A stretch of 63,449 nt of DNA, the filler included, from Salisapilia sapeloensis CBS 127946 (lineage: Eukaryota > Protista > Oomycota): the NCBI GenBank assembly GCA_023334545.1. It is 8 parts of 8 records of this genome, joined end to end, with 100 filler letters (N's around TTAATTAATTAA, not from the genome) between each part and the next. Parts side by side here need not be neighbours in the genome. Positions count along the whole stretch, not along the records: positions 55,427 to 61,922 come from JAADVB010000558.1; positions 62,023 to 63,449 come from JAADVB010001155.1; 6 more parts are not named here. The stretch is one strand, 5' to 3'. Below are positions 56,782 to 63,449 of this stretch, one piece after another. A program made the position numbers and the translations under genes. The first letter of the stretch is position 1. Every line of letters begins with the position of its first letter. Below the pieces are notes generated by a model. The model made no database searches and had not been told where the DNA came from. It was given only the letters and a program-made list of their open reading frames with translations.

Positions 56782-57085
56782 GGGGGTCAAAGATACAATT
56801 TTTGCGATTGATATTACGCAGCCTATCGCTCTAACTCTTAGCCGCTTTTGGCGCCAAGTCCCAGTCCGTTCAAAGCTACAAATATGCAGATCCATTTGCT
56901 TACTTTCGTGCATTAAGTTGAAGTAATGAGCAAGTTGCCATTTGGAGAGTAGATTTTCTGCTTAAAATTATTTAAACTATCCCAGAGGTGGCTTCAGTTT
57001 ATATGAGGCATAAGCAATGTCCATGCGTGGAAGTAAACATAAACAAAGCGTCGATTAAAGCAGAAGTTTAATTACTTTGACCCCC
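56782..57085. mobile_element. MITE with TA target-site duplication, copy 1
   Basis: Perfect 11-nt TIR GGGGGTCAAAG...CTTTGACCCCC, TA on both sides, 304 nt, non-coding; related inverted copy at 60570-60847. Confidence 0.75.
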
Positions 57086-58185
57086 TAATTGATTCATCTA
57101 TTGTCCGTTTTGAAACATGTTACGAAATTTTGGGTTAAACGAAGCTAGCAAGAAACTATAGATCATCGGACGCGACCAAGGCTACATATACGATCAAGAT
57201 TCAGGATGCGCTGGATCACGGAAGCATGCATGCTGTCAGAGTTGCTGTGATATACTTCTTTGGTAACTTGGAGGCGCTGGAGGTAAGTGAGCTATATCGA
57301 GACTTATAGTTGACAACTCAAGCTATTTCTCCAAATTTGTATGAGAAAGATTTTGACATTTGAAACGGAGCAACAATAATGCGGCATCTAGCCGTAAGGA
57401 CCGTATTCTAGAGCCCGATCTTTAAGCATTTCTTCAGGCATGGACTATGGACTACTGATAAAGCCAGAAGTTCTGAAATGCCTGGCTTTCTATACGAGAT
57501 GCTACATTCCGGCGTAGCTGAAGTTTCCATATCTCGCAAGATACGGCCGATGGCGACTTCATGCAACAAGAACCTTTCAAGATTCCGCCACCAAGCTACA
57601 GTCAGTTATTAACGCACTCAGTTCAGTTTGTGGACTAGTTTCTAGATCTCAAGATTGATTTCAGGCTCGAATAAGAAATTGGGTCATCGCCGATGATGGG
57701 CTACCGCTCGTTTATGAACCAGTTGTACTGTGAGCGGATACAATCTGAAGAACGTTACGTCATGCTCATCCTGTCTATGGCCTCTGATTGACGATATGGT
57801 CGGTAGCTGTCATTCAAGGTATGGAATGAGAGGATAGACACGAAATCATGCGCTCGTGCGTTTGTTCTGCCAGAAACTTGTAAGAAATCCGATGATAAAG
57901 AACCTTTATAGTCGGTCGTACTTGTTGGGAATGTGGTCGTGGAAGCATCATCCGCGTCATATGCGGTCATGGATCTATTGATCATAGGCTCTGTAATTCC
58001 TATACCGCCCATGCTTCGAGAAGAAATACCGTGGATTTGATTTTAATCGAATATTACCAGGATGCTATTGTATCCTACCCTTCGTACTGGAGATATCCCT
58101 TGGATGCCTCGCTCAACATCGACTGATGCTTTCAGCCTCCATTTTCCGATTCTCTTGCCAAATTCCACTGTCGCTCTTCATCACG

Positions 58186-59994
58186 ATGAACTTTACAACT
58201 CGAAAGTTCATCTGCAGCCTTCTCTTTTTTTGGCCATTGGCGATCACTTACGCCAAAACTTTTCCTGGCCACTTGCCGTATTTCAGAAATCAAAGCATCA
58301 CTTATGAGGAGCTGGCAGCCTTGTCCTTTCCACCCGAGGTATCGACGGTGTAAGTGAATCGATGAGAGTATCTTCAAGTCAGACCTTTACTGTTTCTTAC
58401 ATTGTAGTAAACTATTCAATACCCGCATCACTAAGATCGATGCAGCTCAGTTCCAACACGTCAAAATGCTGTAAAGCAACCTGAAATATGTTTCAAGTAT
58501 AAGAACGTAGACTAACATTCTCTTCGTAGTTCTATCTACGACAACCCTATCGAAGAATTGATCGGAGTATTTGAAAACTTGCAACGACTGTGTGTTATAT
58601 GTTTGTAGATGGTCCCACGCACACCACTTGCTGATCTTCAATTCAATAGAAATATGACCAAAACCTCTATCAAGAATTTGGATGGAAGAAACTTCCCCAA
58701 CCTTCAGTATCTGTAAATACTCAAGTCAAAACCTCCCTAGTCGATCTTCTAACGCCTTTGAGCTAGAGTTAGCCTTGAAGGAAAGCTAGAGACGCTGACT
58801 GGCGAATGGAAGGAGCTTGAATTTATGTAAGCGTCTCACTACGATCATCTCACTATTTGATCTTATCTCTTTTGTTTGTGCAGTAATTTGTCTAAAAACA
58901 AGCTCTCTCAAATCAATGCGACCATGCCGAAAATTACGCAAGCGTACGCTATAGACTTTGTCTGTCTTATCCGTGACTGATCCTTGACATATGTAATAGA
59001 TATTTTACAGCCAACAAGCTCAAGAACTTTGATTGTGTCTACGGGGAACTACAGAACTTGTAAGGCATATGTGATAGCGCTGTTAGGTTGAAGTGAGAGC
59101 TGAGTCCATGCTGTAGAAATCTTAGCGAGAACAACCTGACGGACGGGACTTTACATGTATCCGGGTGTAGAAAGCTCGAAAGGCTGTACGGTTCCTTCTG
59201 TCTCTATACGAAAACATACGACTGAGCTATTTGAATAGCTACATAGGTTATAACAATATCGATGTTCTTGGTGACGAAGTTGCCGATAAATTACCCTTCC
59301 TACATGTACTGTACGTGACGATATAAGGGTGGGGAATGCCAGATACTTACATGATACTTGCATGCTAGGGAAGCGCAGATGTGTGGATTGAAAGAATGGT
59401 ATGGCAATTGGCCCAACTTGGATCGCGCGTGCGTATTTCTCGACTAGTAGCACATTTATGAACGCTAATGCTTACTTAATGTATGCAGAATGTTGAATGA
59501 TAATAGCCTGTCCAAGGTGAACGCCAGTATTCCGAAGATCATTGACTTGTACGCCCAATACCATGGACAAAAGATAAAGTTTACGCGATACTACTTACTG
59601 ACGATTGTATCGTGCAGAAATGTTAATAACAACAAGCTGGACAAGTTCTTCCCAAGACCCTTTTTCGACAGAGTGACGGACTTTTCGTTTGCAAATATTC
59701 TTGGTGAAATGTTTCGAGAGGGTGTTATGGTGTAAGTGATCACAAGTGTATTTGCTGATGAGATGGCGATTAATCTTTGCTTTTCTTGTAGGAATTTCAA
59801 AGGGAATACTTTACGCTACAAATCTCAACGTGAAAAGCAGAACGCGGCGTAAGTGGACATAAGCACATTCTCCCGTGTGGAACTCACGTCAGTTTGTATT
59901 CATGTATAGCGATTCGACTCCCAAACCCATAAAGCGTGCAACCAAGAAACCAGAGCGAACGTTTCTTTCACAAAAAAGGGCTCCGTTTAAGTGA
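58186..59994 (+). CDS. Secreted LRR-only protein encoded by one-repeat-per-exon phase-2 cassettes (13-14 exons)
   Basis: Signal peptide MNFTTRKFICSLLFFWPLAITYA; exons 58186-58349, 58408-58470, 58530-58589, 58650-58712, 58767-58826, 58884-58943, 59000-59059, 59117-59185, 59239-59310, 59369-59428, 59489-59548, 59618-59731, 59792-59848, 59910-59994 (alternative stop at 59852); repeats such as NLSKNKLSQI, NLSENNLTDG, MLNDNSLSKV. Confidence 0.8.
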
Positions 59995-60569
59995 GCCGAA
60001 AGCGTTCCAGAGAGCAGAGACGTGCAAGGCATTGCATACCACTCCACAAACACGACGACTTCTGTTTTTCAAAGTTTTTAATTAGCCTTCTTGCTAAAGT
60101 GATAAAGAGGAGTGAAGTTGACAACAATTATAGCAGCTCTCTCGGCACATTACTAGCGATAGCTTTAGCTACTGAAACTCAGGTCATCCATTTATAAACT
60201 CTTGCTGGAGTCATAGGTTCTAGCTTTATCCTACGTGTCGACAAACGGACATGATGCTGCGTAGTTACATGCAGCTGCCGTTTGTACTACATTCACTGGC
60301 TGCATACTTACCAAGAAACATTTCGTTGGTCAGTGTCGATTTTGTCTCCTCAAAACTTACAAATGATAGGACATACGAGATTGACACAGAAGATTATACG
60401 ACTTGGTTTGCATTGCTTTTGAAGGTCTGAGTTTCGACACAGCTTTTCGTACATGCAACTGGATGCTGTAAAGTATGATCGAACTGTCATAGCGCTTCTA
60501 GGCGGAAACCTGGAAGAAGGGTGTCCAGAATCATCACGATCACTATTAAATAGTACTTCTGCTAAAATA

Positions 60570-60847
60570 GAGGGTCAAAATTACTAACATTCTGCTTAGT
60601 TGAAGGCTCTGCTTATGCTCAGTAAGAGTTCAATCCACCTCTGGAGACGATTTGAAGTAATTTTAAGCAAAGAAGCGACCTTTTAAACGGCAGCTTGCTC
60701 ACTATTTCAGCATCAAACACACAAAATATGCAGCTCAGTCTGTTCATTTCGTTACTTTGAATGGACTGATAAGTAGCATTTAATCCTGTTTAAGGTTAAA
60801 GTAATTGCCTGCTTCATACCAAACGTCGATTTGTTAACAGTGATCCC
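60570..60847. mobile_element. MITE, diverged inverted copy 2
   Basis: TA|GAGGGTCAAAA ... GTGATCCC|TA; internal blocks (TTCTGCTT, CCACCTCTGG, TAATTTTAAGCA, CTTGCTCA, CTTTGAAYGGACTG) are collinear with the reverse complement of 56782-57085. Confidence 0.65.
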
Positions 60848-61209
60848 TAAAAGATATAATCATGTGACGATACCACATGCATAATATTTTACAACCTGTA
60901 GCTCAACTGGATATCGAGCGTCGGTGTGATCTGCTCACCCATGTGTATTGACATCAAACTACAAAAACTAGAACCAAATCCGTAGTGGTGATCGAAGGCA
61001 AAAAAACGGCTCGTATCTGCGCCTAATCCTGGCCGTGCAGGGACTCCAATTAGGCTGCAAGAAACGACTTTGGTAAGCTGTCAACTAGCCAGACGTATGT
61101 ACTTTAATGGACTAGTATATAAGCCTCAATTATTGTCACTGTAGCATGCATAGTATGGCTTGCAGATGAATTGCATGAGCTTGCACATGCTTAATGTTGG
61201 ATTAAGCGG

Positions 61210-61350
61210 TTCCTTGGAGCCCCTCGTGTCACCCCGAGATAACAACAGATACAGATCTGGCCCATCAGAGTAGCCAGGATGACTAAGCAGTCTGGACACC
61301 CAACAGTACTGTTGAAGCAGTCATCGTAAGGACTGAGTACATATTCTATA
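61210..61350 (+). repeat. Diverged direct repeat, copy 2
   Basis: Homologous to 56206-56345. Confidence 0.8.
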
Positions 61351-61922
61351 CTTGCATATTAAAAGATAAATAAATCACTCTCCGATTTTCCTTCCGAAGC
61401 TGACTGGTTATTCCAACACTTAATACGGCAGGCCCCCTACTGATCACCTGACAGATCACGACAGAAACAATTTACAGTAAAACGGCCAACGATTGGTTGC
61501 TGGTGTAATTTTACAACAGCAAACATTAAAAGTCAATTCTGTTGGAGTTCTGCAAAGACAGAGTATAAAGCTTAAGTCTGCAGCAATAAATTTTAGTCAC
61601 TAAATTCAGCAGACGGACGCCGATTGTTCACGATCCACCACAACATGTGGCCAAAGCATGATAGAGAACGCCTGCTCGAGTAGCGTGACATGCAACTAAC
61701 GCGTGCAGGCACAGCTACTTGATATTGCTAGCAATTCCAAGTAAATACCCTCTCTTTTCAAGTATCACTAATTCAGCCAAAGCTGTTGGCCGTGGTCTTT
61801 ATCGACGGAATTCGGACACATTAGCACACGAACATCTCTTCGAACCGATGATATATACGCTCCGGTTTGGTCTCAACGGCCAAAACTATAAAAGATAACG
61901 ACTGTGATGCATGCACACTGGA

Positions 61923-62022
61923 NNNNNNNNNNNNNNNNNNNNNNNNNNNNNNNNNNNNNNNNNNNNTTAATTAATTAANNNNNNNNNNNNNNNNNNNNNN
62001 NNNNNNNNNNNNNNNNNNNNNN
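61923..62022. other. Artificial contig linker
   Basis: 44 N + TTAATTAATTAA + 44 N. Confidence 0.97.
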
Positions 62023-62163
62023 CCTAGTCTTACGCTACCAAAGATCACGGTCGTGGTTAGATGCAGGATACACGACGAAATGAAGACTCCATGCATTCCG
62101 GTCGAAACTTTATGAAGTGCGGAACTTGGCAGCTGAGGCATACAATCCCTACGTGGTTGATGA
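62023..62163. repeat. 141-nt terminal inverted repeat of contig 8, left copy
   Basis: Exact reverse complement of 63309-63449. Confidence 0.95.
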
Positions 62164-63308
62164 GTACAATTGTTTGAGAGTGACTAATAGTACGTGCATG
62201 ACACGCAGACAAAAGGCTAATAGCATTGTATTTATTAAATAAAGTGAGGATCTGTCGGCGTGATAGCTACTCGGTGATATCGATGATGCATGCTCGAAGA
62301 CTCTTTCAAGATTAAAATCGGCGAAGCCCTAGTTGCTCAAGAACTTTGGATTTGGCTTCGTCACATGTCATTGAAGTGCTTTAATGATACGTTACAATGG
62401 CCTAGCTCGTTGCTACGGCACGAGCTGTCGCTAAAGTTTCGGATCCAGTCGCCAATTTCATCTTGCATTGATTGGTAACACCTAAAAATGTTTGGGATGC
62501 CGTGCGCATCTGGAATAAGCATATCTAATGGCTGAGAAGCAAGAGGAAACACCGAATCGGCAATGGGAACCCTGAATATCTTAATTGGCATTTTGTTGTT
62601 ACTCATTAAATGCTTTATTCTGATCAGGAGCCCGCATTCATAACAACTCATGGCCAAAAGGGATTGAAGGACGCAGTTATGGACACGAATGAAAGGTACA
62701 GGTGAAGTCAAGCATGAATTAGCGGAAGCATGAGTCAGACACACCTTAAGTGTTATACTTCGATCGTCGCTTCAAGAGATGATATCCCAAGTATCCATGA
62801 GATTATTCCAACGACGGTTCGGTCACTTAGTGGACTACCAACAATGTAGAATAGGCGCTTTCTAGATCAAACAACTCGGTAAGCTTTCACACAACAGAAG
62901 CGTTGGACCGTAAGTGCCCTCCCTTCCATTTAAATGAACGAATAGTTTGTGTTATTACGTGCTACGTCTACTCTAGTCCAAAGGGCGAACTCTATAATCC
63001 ATGACGTGCACTGAGGCGAACCATATAGATACGACACAGTGGTGAGCTACACAGTGCTTCTCATACGCAGCTGCCACATATTCTAGAGGACCCAACCCAA
63101 AGATTTGGTAGCTGAAATGAGACTTAAATGTGTTTTGTGCGGGGTACCAATCCACCGCGTGTGATATGTCAAACAAAGATACAAAGTTAATCAGACCCTC
63201 CCTAATATTTGACATATATGCAGCTCAATAGGGCAATACCCGGATACAATACCGGTTGCCATTCTTAGCATTATCACATTTACAATGAGCACTACACATT
63301 CAACATCA

Positions 63309-63449
63309 TCATCAACCACGTAGGGATTGTATGCCTCAGCTGCCAAGTTCCGCACTTCATAAAGTTTCGACCGGAATGCATGGAGTCTTCATTTCGTCGT
63401 GTATCCTGCATCTAACCACGACCGTGATCTTTGGTAGCGTAAGACTAGG
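63309..63449. repeat. 141-nt terminal inverted repeat of contig 8, right copy
   Basis: Exact reverse complement of 62023-62163. Confidence 0.95.

Noticed and set aside
62023-63449. TIR-flanked contigs as linear virus, Polinton or DNA transposon
   Set aside because: Identical 141-nt length on three unrelated contigs, TIRs made of host coding sequence (kinase, NAA35), and no transposase, polymerase or capsid gene.
1-63449. tRNA, rRNA, CRISPR arrays, telomeric repeats, RXLR or CRN effectors
   Set aside because: None recognised by eye on either strand; a covariance-model or HMM scan was not possible.

Overview
Eukaryotic sequence, most likely an oomycete (stramenopile): short ~50-65 nt GT-AG introns, LRR receptor-like TKL kinases, an expansin-like gene, GPH sugar transporters and oomycete-type INR/FPR core promoters. 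The window is not one locus. It is 8 contigs joined by 7 artificial 100-nt linkers (44 N + TTAATTAATTAA + 44 N): 1-2953, 3054-8240, 8341-10162, 10263-30865, 30966-44083, 44184-55326, 55427-61922, 62023-63449. Contigs 4 and 5 are gene-dense and housekeeping-rich (ABCE1, RLP24, sulfite reductase flavoprotein, NOM1, Mrc1/claspin-like, EF-hand Ca exchanger, Rab21, proteasome beta1, AAA ATPase, CK2 beta, NAA35). The other contigs are more accessory (LRR kinases, a 3-gene sugar-transporter cluster, an ankyrin pseudogene, a MITE family). Top candidates for novelty: (1) a putative mitochondrial protein fusing four PPR repeats to a CDIN1/C15orf41-type PD-(D/E)xK nuclease domain with its catalytic motif intact (22470-24836); (2) a secreted LRR-only gene built from about 12 symmetric phase-2 one-repeat-per-exon cassettes that the ORF track misses (58186-59994). 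Three contigs carry exact 141-nt terminal inverted repeats, probably an assembler signature of foldback structures. Family assignments come from motif recognition by eye; no database search was run.
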